Of a DNA stretch of 64,000 nucleotides, positions 30,184 through 39,268 are shown piece after piece (the first letter of the stretch is position 1; each line of letters begins with the position of its first letter). The stretch is from Pirellulales bacterium (lineage in GTDB: Bacteria > Planctomycetota > Planctomycetia > Pirellulales > PALSA-1355). The DNA lies in NCBI GenBank assembly GCA_963733035.1, contig CAVTBU010000005.1, positions 2,688,001 through 2,752,000 on the forward strand, written 5' to 3'. The position numbers and the translations under genes were made by a program. Under the pieces are notes generated by a model. It was not told the DNA's origin, did not search any database, and was given only the letters and a program-made list of their open reading frames with translations.

Positions 30184-31533
30184 ATGTACGAACCTGCCCC
30201 TTCCAATCGCCGTGAGTTCCTTGTCCGCCTGGCCGGCGGTACCTGTGGCGCAACGCTACTAGCGATCAGTGGCCGCAACGCCTGGGGCGCCGACAACCAT
30301 CAGCCGCTCAAAGTCGCGGCGGTCATGACGGCGTTCCATCACCGCAGCCATGCCCACGTGATCCTCGAAAACTTTCTGGAACCGTACCTCTTCAACGGTC
30401 AGGTTACGCAGCCGGGAATGGAAGTGGCCAGCTTCTACGTCGACCAGTTCCCGCCGAACGACATGTCGCGCGACGTGGCCAGGCAATTTGACATTCCGAT
30501 CTATCCCACGATTGCCGAAGCGGTCTGCCTGGGCGGCGATAAGCTGGCAGTCGACGCCGTCCTGTGTATCGGCGAACACGGTGAGTATCCCGTCAATGCG
30601 AAAGGTCAGCGTGAGTACCCGCGCAAACAGTTTTTCGATCAGGTTGTCGCGGTGTTCAAAAAGAGCGGTCGTTCGGTGCCGGTGTTCAACGACAAGCATC
30701 TTTCTTATCGCTGGGATTGGGCCAAGGAGATGGTCGACACCTCGCGCTCGATGGGCTTTCCGCTGATGGCCGGCAGTTCGGTTCCGCTGGCCCAACGCCG
30801 GCCGCCGCTCGAGCTGCCAAAGGACGCCAAGATCGTCGAGGCCGTCTCCATCCATGGAGGCGGCGTCGAAAGCTACGACTTCCATGCCCTGGAAGTCCTG
30901 CAATCGCAGGTCGAAGCGCGCGCCGGCGGCGAGTCGGGGGTGGCCCAAGTGCAGTTTCTCGAAGGCGACTCGCTCTGGAAAGCCGCCACCGATGGCGTGT
31001 GGTCGCCCGACGTCGCCGCCGCGGCCATGGCGGCGGAGGTCGGTGCTGACGATCCAATGACCAAGTATCTGGCTTCCTCGGGCAAGGAAGTTATCGGAGA
31101 AGCTCCGCCCGTGCATGCGATAGCCGTGCACTATCGCGACGGGCTGCGCGGCCTGGCGCTTAAGGTGGGCAACAGCGGCACGCGCTGGAACTTCGCCGCC
31201 AGGCTTGCCGGTCAGCCTGAGCCAGTGGCGACGGCGTACTACGTCGGCCCCTGGCAAAACCGCAACCTGTTCAAGGCTCTTTCGCACGCGATCCAGACCC
31301 ACTTTCGCGAGAAGAAGGCACCCTATCCCGTCGAGCGGACCCTGCTCACCAGCGGTATCCTCGACGCGGCCATGGATTCGCGCGTCGCGGCGGGGAAACT
31401 GCTCGATACGCCGCAGCTTGACGTCGCCTACGCTCCGCAGGATTTCCGCGCCATGCGCGAGATGGGCGCCAGTTGGAAGATCATTACCGAAGACATGCCC
31501 GAGCCTGAGGGCATCAAACCCGTGGGCGTTTGA
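30184..31533 (+). CDS. Tat-exported protein, Gfo/Idh/MocA-like oxidoreductase-related
   Basis: NRREFL twin-arginine signal; DKHLS, AGSS, YDFHALE motifs. Confidence 0.65.
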   Translation: MYEPAPSNRREFLVRLAGGTCGATLLAISGRNAWGADNHQPLKVAAVMTAFHHRSHAHVILENFLEPYLFNGQVTQPGMEVASFYVDQFPPNDMSRDVARQFDIPIYPTIAEAVCLGGDKLAVDAVLCIGEHGEYPVNAKGQREYPRKQFFDQVVAVFKKSGRSVPVFNDKHLSYRWDWAKEMVDTSRSMGFPLMAGSSVPLAQRRPPLELPKDAKIVEAVSIHGGGVESYDFHALEVLQSQVEARAGGESGVAQVQFLEGDSLWKAATDGVWSPDVAAAAMAAEVGADDPMTKYLASSGKEVIGEAPPVHAIAVHYRDGLRGLALKVGNSGTRWNFAARLAGQPEPVATAYYVGPWQNRNLFKALSHAIQTHFREKKAPYPVERTLLTSGILDAAMDSRVAAGKLLDTPQLDVAYAPQDFRAMREMGASWKIITEDMPEPEGIKPVGV

Positions 31534-31576
31534 TTCGATTGTCAGCCGGCTTGCGGTTGGACCTCCGATCGACGAT

Positions 31577-32710
31577 CTAGCTTTCCACGAGCCCTAAGTC
31601 CTCATACATCGCCGTCAGAAACTTGCGCATGCGGGCGTTGTGTTTTGGTTCGCCGGGCATGCCGTTGAAAACAATCGCGGCGACGAGTTCGTGGGCCGGG
31701 TCGCAAAATCCGACGGATGATTGCGCGCCGCCGTGGCCAAAGGCGCGCTCGGACGAATGGTGTCCATATCCATAGGGGACCGTGTCGGCGCCATAGCGAT
31801 TGGAGTCGATGATCAGGCCCAGGCCCCAGTCCATTTTGTGCCGGAACGTTTCGTCGAACATGCCCTCGCGTTGCCGCGCGGTCATCTGACGAACACTTTC
31901 GGCCGACAGGATGCGCACGCCGCCCCACGTGCCGCCGGCGGCCAGCATGTGGTAGAAGCGCCCCAAGTCGTGCATCGGACCGTAGGCATTTCCACCGGGA
32001 ACACATTGAGCGGCCGCCTCGGGTGTCGTGTAGCGATGCGGCGTGAGTTTGCCGCGGGCCGTTTCGACCATGATGCCCAGCCGATCGCCGTACGCGCGAT
32101 ACTGTTCGACGGGCATCCCGATCCACGCGTCCACCATCCCCAGCGGCAGGAAGATCGCTTCCCGCACATACTCAGAGAACGGGCGACCGTCCACGCGACG
32201 TACGATCTCGCCCAGGATGTACCAACTTGTGTATGGGTGATAGCCGGCCTTTTTGCCGGGCGCCCAACCGGGCTCGGGTTCTGCCTGGCAGATGCGCGCG
32301 ATAATCTCGTCCCAAGACGAATTGGGCCACCCAATAGTAACGTTGCGAAACCCGGCCGTGTGGGTGAGCAGATGCCAAATGGTAATTGCACGTTTGCCAT
32401 GAGCGGCGAACTCGGGAATGTGCCGGGCCACGGGGTCGTCCAGCGTCAGGAGGCCCCGCTCGGCAAGCTGCAGAATCGCCGCCGCGGCCACCGGTTTGCC
32501 GGACGACATCCACAGCATGAGCGTCTCGGCCGTCATGGGGACGCCCGGCCGAGCCTCGCCTTGGCCAAAATCCGCAACGATCTGCCGGCCTAGCGCCACA
32601 TAGACTTGTGCCCCGATATGCAGCCCGACTTGCATTCCATCTTCGATCAGCGCAAAGGCCTGCGGTAGAGCCTCTTCGGGCGTTTGGACGGGCGGAATCA
32701 AACTGCACAT
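31577..32710 (-). CDS. Serine hydrolase, class C beta-lactamase/EstA-like
   Basis: SSGK, LLTHTAG, GYH, FGHGG. Confidence 0.85.
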   Translation of the reverse strand: MCSLIPPVQTPEEALPQAFALIEDGMQVGLHIGAQVYVALGRQIVADFGQGEARPGVPMTAETLMLWMSSGKPVAAAAILQLAERGLLTLDDPVARHIPEFAAHGKRAITIWHLLTHTAGFRNVTIGWPNSSWDEIIARICQAEPEPGWAPGKKAGYHPYTSWYILGEIVRRVDGRPFSEYVREAIFLPLGMVDAWIGMPVEQYRAYGDRLGIMVETARGKLTPHRYTTPEAAAQCVPGGNAYGPMHDLGRFYHMLAAGGTWGGVRILSAESVRQMTARQREGMFDETFRHKMDWGLGLIIDSNRYGADTVPYGYGHHSSERAFGHGGAQSSVGFCDPAHELVAAIVFNGMPGEPKHNARMRKFLTAMYEDLGLVES

Positions 32711-32799
32711 GATGGTGCCCATCCTAGCAATCAATTCGCGGCAGCGGGACAGCCAAACCAAACGCCACTGCCGGGCCATCTGCGGACGTCACCTTCCGA

Positions 32800-32828
32800 T
32801 TGCCGCCTGCTCGGCGGGGTGGTATTCT
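32800..32828 (+). promoter_or_regulatory. Sigma70 promoter for the small Zn-finger ORF
   Basis: TTGCCG (32800-05)-N17-TATTCT (32823-28). Confidence 0.55.
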
Positions 32829-32911
32829 TGGCAGATTCGTTTCTATTGGGTCCGGCCCAACCGGCGTAACACGGTTGTGTGGCCCGAACGTACTTGAGAA
32901 ATCAGCCAGCC

Positions 32912-33049
32912 ATGAGAACCCGTCCGCATAGCAAGTTCGTACAGAGTCTAAAGGCCCGCCGCTGCCCGAAGTGCGGAGGCGCCGTAAATCCCCAGCGTAA
33001 GCGCTGCAAGCGCTGCAGCGGCGAGTTGAAAATCCGGCCGAAGAAGTAG
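32912..33049 (+). CDS. 45-aa basic CxxC-x10-CxxC protein, eL40-like (below the ORF-track cutoff)
   Basis: Manual translation MRTRPHSKFVQSLKARRCPKCGGAVNPQRKRCKRCSGELKIRPKK*; sits alone in an intergenic gap downstream of a promoter. Confidence 0.7.
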   Translation: MRTRPHSKFVQSLKARRCPKCGGAVNPQRKRCKRCSGELKIRPKK

Positions 33050-33122
33050 GGTGCCGGTCAACTGTGACGCAACCCATTGTCGGATAGTCCGTTACGCAGC
33101 AGGTAGGGGTTCGCGGCTCGCA

Positions 33123-33151
33123 TTGCCCGCTAGACCACAAACCCTTATACT
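33123..33151 (+). promoter_or_regulatory. Sigma70 promoter of the ROK-lepA-lepB region
   Basis: TTGCCC (33123-28)-N17-TATACT (33146-51). Confidence 0.6.
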
Positions 33152-33225
33152 TTAACTGGTTACGATTTCCCTCACCGTCTCCCTTCCAGTCGGGTGCGCC
33201 TCGCAGCCTCGCCCTATTATCCGCC

Positions 33226-34269
33226 ATGGCCCACAACCGGCAGTTCATTCCGCTGGCTCAGGCCCGGGCACCGTTCTTTGTGGGCGTGGATGTCGGGGGA
33301 ACGAACATCAAGGTTGGCGTGGTCGATGATGAGGGGTGCCCGCTCAGCTGGACGAGCTTTGCCACCGAGGTCGAGCGCGGGCCACAAGACGCCGTCGGAC
33401 GGATGGCGGCGGCTGTGGAGCGCGCGATGGGTGAGGCCGGGATTGAAAAATCGGCAATTGCCCGCGTCGGACTCGGTACGCCCGGCACGATGGACGTGGC
33501 AGCGGGAATTCTGCTGACGCCGGGCAACCTGCCAGGCTGGTGGAATTTTCCGATTAAGAGCGCGCTGGCCAAGGCTTGTGGTTTGCCGGTCACGTTCGCC
33601 AACGACGTGCGCAGCGCGGCCTACGGCGAATATTGGGCCGGTAGCGGCCGGATGTTTCACAGCATGGTGCTGTTTACACTCGGCACCGGGGTCGGGGGCG
33701 GCATCGTCATCGGCGATCTGTTGGTCGAGGGCGAACACAGCGCCGGATCGGAGTTGGGACATTTGATCATCGACTGCAATGATGACGCTCGAGTCTGCTC
33801 CTGTGGCCAGCGCGGCCATATCGAGGCTTACGCCAGCGCGCCCTCGGTGGTCAAACGAACCGAAGAACTGCTTGAGACAGGGCCGCCAAGCTCGCTCCGC
33901 GCGCGAATCAACGCAGGTGAAGAACTTACGGCCTTGATGATTGACGAGGAAGCAGAACGGGGTGATGCGCTGTCGCTCAAAATCATCCTGGAAACGGCGC
34001 GCTACTTGGGTATCGGCATCGTGTCAGCCATGCACGCCATCGACCCAAATGGGGTCGTGATTGGCGGCGCGATGACCTTTGGCGAGCACGAAACGCACTC
34101 CGGCCGAATGTTCCTCGAACGCGTAAAACAAGAGGTAAAGGCCCGCGCCCTGCCAACACTGGCTCAACGGACGACGATCGACTTCGCTCGACTTGGCGGC
34201 GACGCCGGCTTCGTCGGAGCCGCCGGCCTGGCCCGCCGCGATTATTTGCGACAGGCACCCGCAACCTAG
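33226..34269 (+). CDS. ROK family sugar kinase (glucokinase-like)
   Basis: GVDVGGTNIK, ANDV, GTGVGGG, ELGH, CSCGQRGHIE. Confidence 0.9.
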   Translation: MAHNRQFIPLAQARAPFFVGVDVGGTNIKVGVVDDEGCPLSWTSFATEVERGPQDAVGRMAAAVERAMGEAGIEKSAIARVGLGTPGTMDVAAGILLTPGNLPGWWNFPIKSALAKACGLPVTFANDVRSAAYGEYWAGSGRMFHSMVLFTLGTGVGGGIVIGDLLVEGEHSAGSELGHLIIDCNDDARVCSCGQRGHIEAYASAPSVVKRTEELLETGPPSSLRARINAGEELTALMIDEEAERGDALSLKIILETARYLGIGIVSAMHAIDPNGVVIGGAMTFGEHETHSGRMFLERVKQEVKARALPTLAQRTTIDFARLGGDAGFVGAAGLARRDYLRQAPAT

Positions 34270-34356
34270 GCTTCAAGCGCCCGGCGGTAGCCCTCCGCCT
34301 TTGGCACGATCCACCAGCGACGACCGCGACCTACACCACGGCATATTACAAACTTC

Positions 34357-36171
34357 ATGCCTCCCATCGACTGCCAACACATACGCAACTTCTCGATCAT
34401 CGCCCACATCGATCACGGCAAGAGTACGCTTGCCGATCGGATGCTCGAGAAAACCGGCACACTCCAAAAGCGTGAGCTCCGCGACCAAACACTGGACGAC
34501 ATGGCGGTGGAGCGCGAGCGAGGCATTACGATCAAGGCCCGCGCCGTGGCCATGCGCTTTCGGCACAAAAACGAGGACTACGAGCTAAACCTGATCGATA
34601 CGCCGGGGCACGTCGACTTTCAGTACGAAGTTTCGCGCAGCCTGGCCTGCTGCGAAGGGGCCGTGCTACTGGCCGACGCGTTCCAGGGCGTCGAAGCCCA
34701 AACCGTGGCCAACGCGTTTGCCGCGATGGAGCACGACCTGACGATCGTGCCGGTGCTCAACAAAATCGACCTGAAGCACGCCCGGCCCGAGGAAGTCATC
34801 GCCGAAATGGAATCGGTGCTGGCGATCGACCCAGACGACGTACTCAAGTGCAGCGGCAAATCGGGCGAAGGGGTCGAAGACCTGTTGCACGCAATCGTCG
34901 AACGTGTGCCGCCGCCGCAGGGCGACCCCGGCGCCGCGCTGCAGGCGATGGTTTTCGACAGCCACTACGATGAATTCCGCGGCGCTATCACCTACGTGCG
35001 TATCATGAACGGCACCGTGCGCAAGGGGCAGAAAATCCGCTTCATCAAGGCCGGTACGACCCACGATGTGCTCGAACTCGGCCAGTTTGCGCCTCACCGT
35101 CGCCCTTGCGACGAATTGCGGGCCGGCCAAGTGGGCTACCTGATCTGCAATATCAAGGCGCTCGGCCAGGTTCACGTCGGCGACACCGTCACCATTGCCG
35201 GCGAAGCCGGCGCGGCGCCGCTCCCCGGTTACCGTCCGCCGCAGCGGATGGTCTACTGCGGTCTCTATCCGTCGGACGGGCAGGACTTCGAGGAGCTGCG
35301 CGAGGCCCTGAACAAGCTTTCCATCAACGATCCCAGTTTCGAGTTTGAGCCGGAAACCAGCGATGCGCTCGGCTTCGGCTTTCGCTGTGGCTTCCTGGGC
35401 TTGTTGCACATGGAAATCATCCAGCAGCGCCTCGAAGGCGAGGCAGACCTCGACCTGGTGCAGACCGCCCCGAACGTCACCTACGAGATTCTCACCAAGA
35501 ACGGCGAAACGCTCTACATCCACAACCCGCAAAAAGTCCCCGACGCCGGACTGATCGAGGAATTCCGCCAGCCGCTGGTGAAGGTGAATTTCGTGCTGCC
35601 GACCGACTCGATTGGACCGGTGATGCAGTTGTGCACCGACCGCCGCGGAGAGTACGTGCGGACCGAATATCTTTCGCCAACGCGTGCCATGCTCACGTTC
35701 AATCTGCCGTTGGCCGATGTGATCTACGACTTGCACGACAAACTGAAGAGCGTGACACGCGGATACGGCACGATGGACTACGAACTGATTGGCTACTTCC
35801 CCGCCGATTTGGTCAAGCTCGACATCCTGGTGGGCGGCAAGCGAGTCGACGCGCTAAGCATTATCTGCGATCGCCGCGACGCCGACCGCCGCGGGCGAGC
35901 GATCGTCAAGAAGCTACGCACCGAGATCGACCGCCATATGTTCGAAATCGCTTTGCAAGCTGCCATCGGCACGCGGGTAATCGCGCGCGAAACGATTTCC
36001 GCCATGCGCAAGAACGTGACGGCCAAGTGCTACGGCGGCGATATCAGTCGCAAGCGCAAACTGTGGGCCAAGCAAAAGGAAGGCAAGAAGCGGATGAAAT
36101 CGATCGGCAGCGTCGACATTCCGCAGAAGGCGTTCATGGCCGTGCTCGATACGAGCGCCGAAAAATCGTAA
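34357..36171 (+). CDS. lepA: Translation elongation factor 4
   Basis: RNFSIIAHIDHGKSTLAD, ERGITIK, DTPGHVDF, NKID, KCYGGDISRKRKL. Confidence 0.97.
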   Translation: MPPIDCQHIRNFSIIAHIDHGKSTLADRMLEKTGTLQKRELRDQTLDDMAVERERGITIKARAVAMRFRHKNEDYELNLIDTPGHVDFQYEVSRSLACCEGAVLLADAFQGVEAQTVANAFAAMEHDLTIVPVLNKIDLKHARPEEVIAEMESVLAIDPDDVLKCSGKSGEGVEDLLHAIVERVPPPQGDPGAALQAMVFDSHYDEFRGAITYVRIMNGTVRKGQKIRFIKAGTTHDVLELGQFAPHRRPCDELRAGQVGYLICNIKALGQVHVGDTVTIAGEAGAAPLPGYRPPQRMVYCGLYPSDGQDFEELREALNKLSINDPSFEFEPETSDALGFGFRCGFLGLLHMEIIQQRLEGEADLDLVQTAPNVTYEILTKNGETLYIHNPQKVPDAGLIEEFRQPLVKVNFVLPTDSIGPVMQLCTDRRGEYVRTEYLSPTRAMLTFNLPLADVIYDLHDKLKSVTRGYGTMDYELIGYFPADLVKLDILVGGKRVDALSIICDRRDADRRGRAIVKKLRTEIDRHMFEIALQAAIGTRVIARETISAMRKNVTAKCYGGDISRKRKLWAKQKEGKKRMKSIGSVDIPQKAFMAVLDTSAEKS

Positions 36172-36185
36172 CCCCGAGCGGATCG

Positions 36186-37460
36186 ATGTCCCGCTTCCAC
36201 ACGCTAACGCCGCCAGTTCACGCTCGCCACTGTGCGGTTCGCGGCGTCATTCGCGCGATGGTCGGCCTTGCACTGGGCGCTATCATGGTCAACACCTGGC
36301 TCTTGGGCGGGCTGGTCGTGCCGGCGATTGTCCGCGGCGGCTCGATGGCGCCCACACTGCTGGGAACGCACCTGCAATGGACCTGCGATGGATGCAACCT
36401 CAAGTTTGCCTGCGACGTCGCGTCGCTGCCGTCCGCCAATTGCCCGGCCATATGCCCGCACTGCGGCCACGGAAACGACGTCGATCGGGGAGTGGTCAAA
36501 CCGGGGCAGCGAGTGCTGATCAATCGTTCCGCCTTCGGTCTACGCAAACCGCGCCGCTGGGAAACCGTGGTGCTGCGGTCGCCGGACGAGCCCGAAATGC
36601 TGTGCATCAAACGCATTGTTGGGTTGCCGGGTGAAGTAGTGGAAATTCGCGACGGCGATGTCGTTATCGACGGCCGCGTCGCGAAAAAACAGCCGCGAAT
36701 GCAAGCCGAACTCGCCGTGGCCGTGGCCGATGAAAAAATCGCCCAGCGGCGATGGAGACCCGAGCAAAGTGGCGCCTGGATCTGGCGTGACGGCTGGTGT
36801 GAACACGTCAACGGCAAACCCGGCGTAATCGACTGGTTGGTCTACCACCACGTCGAGCCCACGGCGGAAAGCAACGGGAGCGAACCACCGATCCTCGACG
36901 GCAGTCCGTACGACCAGGCGGAATCTCGCCGGCTCAATTCCGTGCCCGATGTATTGTTGCGCTTCGAGGTTCAGGGATCCGCCGACGGAATCTGTTATTT
37001 GCGCGCTTGTGTGTGCGGCGACGATTTTCGTATCGCGTTGCCGCTCGGTGGCGGCGTGGCCAGCCTTTCGCGCAATGGCACTCGCGTGCATGCGGCTCGG
37101 CTACCCGGCGGACATCAGGACTTGCCGCCTGTCGCATTGCTCGTCAGCGACCATCGTCTAGAGCTTTCCCTGGCCAGTCGCCTGGTCATGCGGTACGACT
37201 TCGAGCCGACAGCGGCCGAGGACGCGAGAACTCACCTTGCCTGCGGCACCTCCGATCGTGCCGTTCGCGTGGGCAAATTCGCGCTGCATCGCGATGTCTA
37301 CTACACCCGTGCCCCCGGCGGCCCAAGCCAATATCGCCTTGGTCCCGACGAATACTTTGTCTTGGGAGACAATAGTCCCCATTCAGTCGACAGCCGCACG
37401 TGGGCCTCCCGGGGAGGAGTTTCGGCCGCAATGTTGTTGGGACCCGCGCTGGCTTGGTAG
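36186..37460 (+). CDS. lepB: Signal peptidase I, paralog 1
   Basis: GGSMAPTL (Ser), IKRIVGLPG (Lys), GDNSPHSVDSR; CxxC...CxxC insert. Confidence 0.8.
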   Translation: MSRFHTLTPPVHARHCAVRGVIRAMVGLALGAIMVNTWLLGGLVVPAIVRGGSMAPTLLGTHLQWTCDGCNLKFACDVASLPSANCPAICPHCGHGNDVDRGVVKPGQRVLINRSAFGLRKPRRWETVVLRSPDEPEMLCIKRIVGLPGEVVEIRDGDVVIDGRVAKKQPRMQAELAVAVADEKIAQRRWRPEQSGAWIWRDGWCEHVNGKPGVIDWLVYHHVEPTAESNGSEPPILDGSPYDQAESRRLNSVPDVLLRFEVQGSADGICYLRACVCGDDFRIALPLGGGVASLSRNGTRVHAARLPGGHQDLPPVALLVSDHRLELSLASRLVMRYDFEPTAAEDARTHLACGTSDRAVRVGKFALHRDVYYTRAPGGPSQYRLGPDEYFVLGDNSPHSVDSRTWASRGGVSAAMLLGPALAW

Positions 37461-37511
37461 GGTAGAACTCGAGCCATTGATCCGCGAACGTCACCGGAAC
37501 GACGAACGAAC

Positions 37512-39257
37512 ATGAACAAGAAAAAAGCGACTAACCGTGGCGACACTTTAGCCTCAGGCGTTGCGTCGTCGACCGGACCATCGTGGATGACGCCCCGCGC
37601 GATTCGCGAGACGATTGAATCCGTGGCGGTGGCATTCATCTTGGCGTTCTTGTTTCGTACGTTCGAAGCCGAAGCGTTCGTTATTCCCACCGGCTCGATG
37701 GCTCCCACGCTGATGGGCGCGCATAAGGATCTGGCATGCCCCGAGTGCGGCTACCAGTACGCCGCGGGAGCCAGCGGTGAAGAAGATCAGATGGCCCAAC
37801 AAATGGGACGCGTGCGGCCGGGCATTCCGGTCGAGGAAGCGTGCTGCCCGATGTGTCGCTACTTTGCCAATGTCGGCCCACGCAGCGACCATCCGACCTA
37901 CGGCGGTGATCGCATCCTGGTGAGCAAGTTCACGTACGACTTCTCCGAACCCGAGCGATGGGACGTCGTCGTGTTCAAGAATCCGTCGGAAGCGCAGACG
38001 AACTTCATCAAGCGCTGCGTCGGCCTGCCGAATGAAACGATTCGCATCTATCACGGCGACCTGTACGTGAAATCGCCGGAGGCGGAAAGGTTTGCACTGA
38101 CGCGCCGACGGCCCAATGAACTGCGCGCGATGGCGCAGATCGTGTACGACAACGACTATGTCGTCGATGCCATGACCGAAGCCGGCTGGCCGCTTCGTTG
38201 GCAAGCCTGGCCACTGCCGTCGGTGGTGAAAGACACAAGCTGGAAGAGCCCCGACGGAGGACGCTCTTTTGCCACCACCGGCTCGCGGCAAGAGCAGTGG
38301 ATTCGCTATCAGCATTTTGTACCGTCGCTCGCGGACTGGCGCGCGCTGGATCGCGGCCGCGTGCCGGCCAACCGGCAGATCAAGCCGCTGCTGGTCACCG
38401 ACTTCTATGCGTACAACACGAGTGTCGACCGCGGCAGATCGGCCGACGAACCCCGTATGCTCGGCATGCATTGGGTAGGCGATCTGATGCTGGACTGCGA
38501 ACTACAGTCCTCCGACGGCAAAGGCACGGCCCTGTTGGATCTCGTCAAAGGAGGCCGGCACTTCCGCTGCGCGATCGATTGCGAAACGGGTGAAGCAACA
38601 CTTTCGATCGACGGCCTCGATGGTTTTCAACCCAAGGCCCAAACCGCCGTTCGTGGCATCGGTTCGCACGACGTTACGTTTGCCAACATCGACCGCCAGC
38701 TTTGGCTGTGGATCGATGGGTCGGTCGTGTCGTTCGATCCCAAAACGCATGCCGCGGACTACCCGCCGCTCGACAACGAAACGCCGCAATCGACCGCCGA
38801 GGATCCGCTCGACCTGGCGCCTGCCGGAGTTGGTTCGCGCGGCGCCGGGCTGACCGTCCGGCATCTGCGGCTGTGGCGCGATCTATACTATGTGGCCGCC
38901 CGCTCCGGACCGCTGGCCGACTACGATCGCCATGGCACGCCCGCCACGATGAGCTACGACCAGTTGTACACGTTTTGGTCGAGCCCCGAGCTTTGGGGCC
39001 CAGGTGGCGGGAATCCTTTCGACCAGCGCCGGGCGGAAAACTTTCCACTCAGTGCCGACCAATTTTTCATGTTGGGCGACAACAGCCCCGCCAGCTCCGA
39101 CGCCCGGCTCTGGAACGGCGAGAAATACGTCGAGCGGAATCTGCTCATCGGCAAAGCCCTACTCATCTTTTGGCCGCACACTTTTCACAGAATTCCGGGC
39201 ACGGGCATCCCGTTCCCGTTCTTTCCGAACTTCGCCCGCATGGGCTTCATCCGGTAG
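37512..39257 (+). CDS. lepB: Signal peptidase I, paralog 2
   Basis: IPTGSMAPTL, FIKRCVGLP, GDNSPASSDAR; CPEC...CPMC insert. Confidence 0.88.
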   Translation: MNKKKATNRGDTLASGVASSTGPSWMTPRAIRETIESVAVAFILAFLFRTFEAEAFVIPTGSMAPTLMGAHKDLACPECGYQYAAGASGEEDQMAQQMGRVRPGIPVEEACCPMCRYFANVGPRSDHPTYGGDRILVSKFTYDFSEPERWDVVVFKNPSEAQTNFIKRCVGLPNETIRIYHGDLYVKSPEAERFALTRRRPNELRAMAQIVYDNDYVVDAMTEAGWPLRWQAWPLPSVVKDTSWKSPDGGRSFATTGSRQEQWIRYQHFVPSLADWRALDRGRVPANRQIKPLLVTDFYAYNTSVDRGRSADEPRMLGMHWVGDLMLDCELQSSDGKGTALLDLVKGGRHFRCAIDCETGEATLSIDGLDGFQPKAQTAVRGIGSHDVTFANIDRQLWLWIDGSVVSFDPKTHAADYPPLDNETPQSTAEDPLDLAPAGVGSRGAGLTVRHLRLWRDLYYVAARSGPLADYDRHGTPATMSYDQLYTFWSSPELWGPGGGNPFDQRRAENFPLSADQFFMLGDNSPASSDARLWNGEKYVERNLLIGKALLIFWPHTFHRIPGTGIPFPFFPNFARMGFIR

Positions 39258-39268
39258 AATTGAGAGTT

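Noticed and set aside
35631..39268. Long N-terminal extensions of the lepB ORFs (35631 and 38702 starts) overlapping upstream genes
   Set aside because: Alternative-frame overlap typical of high-GC DNA; plausible starts are 36186 and 39269.
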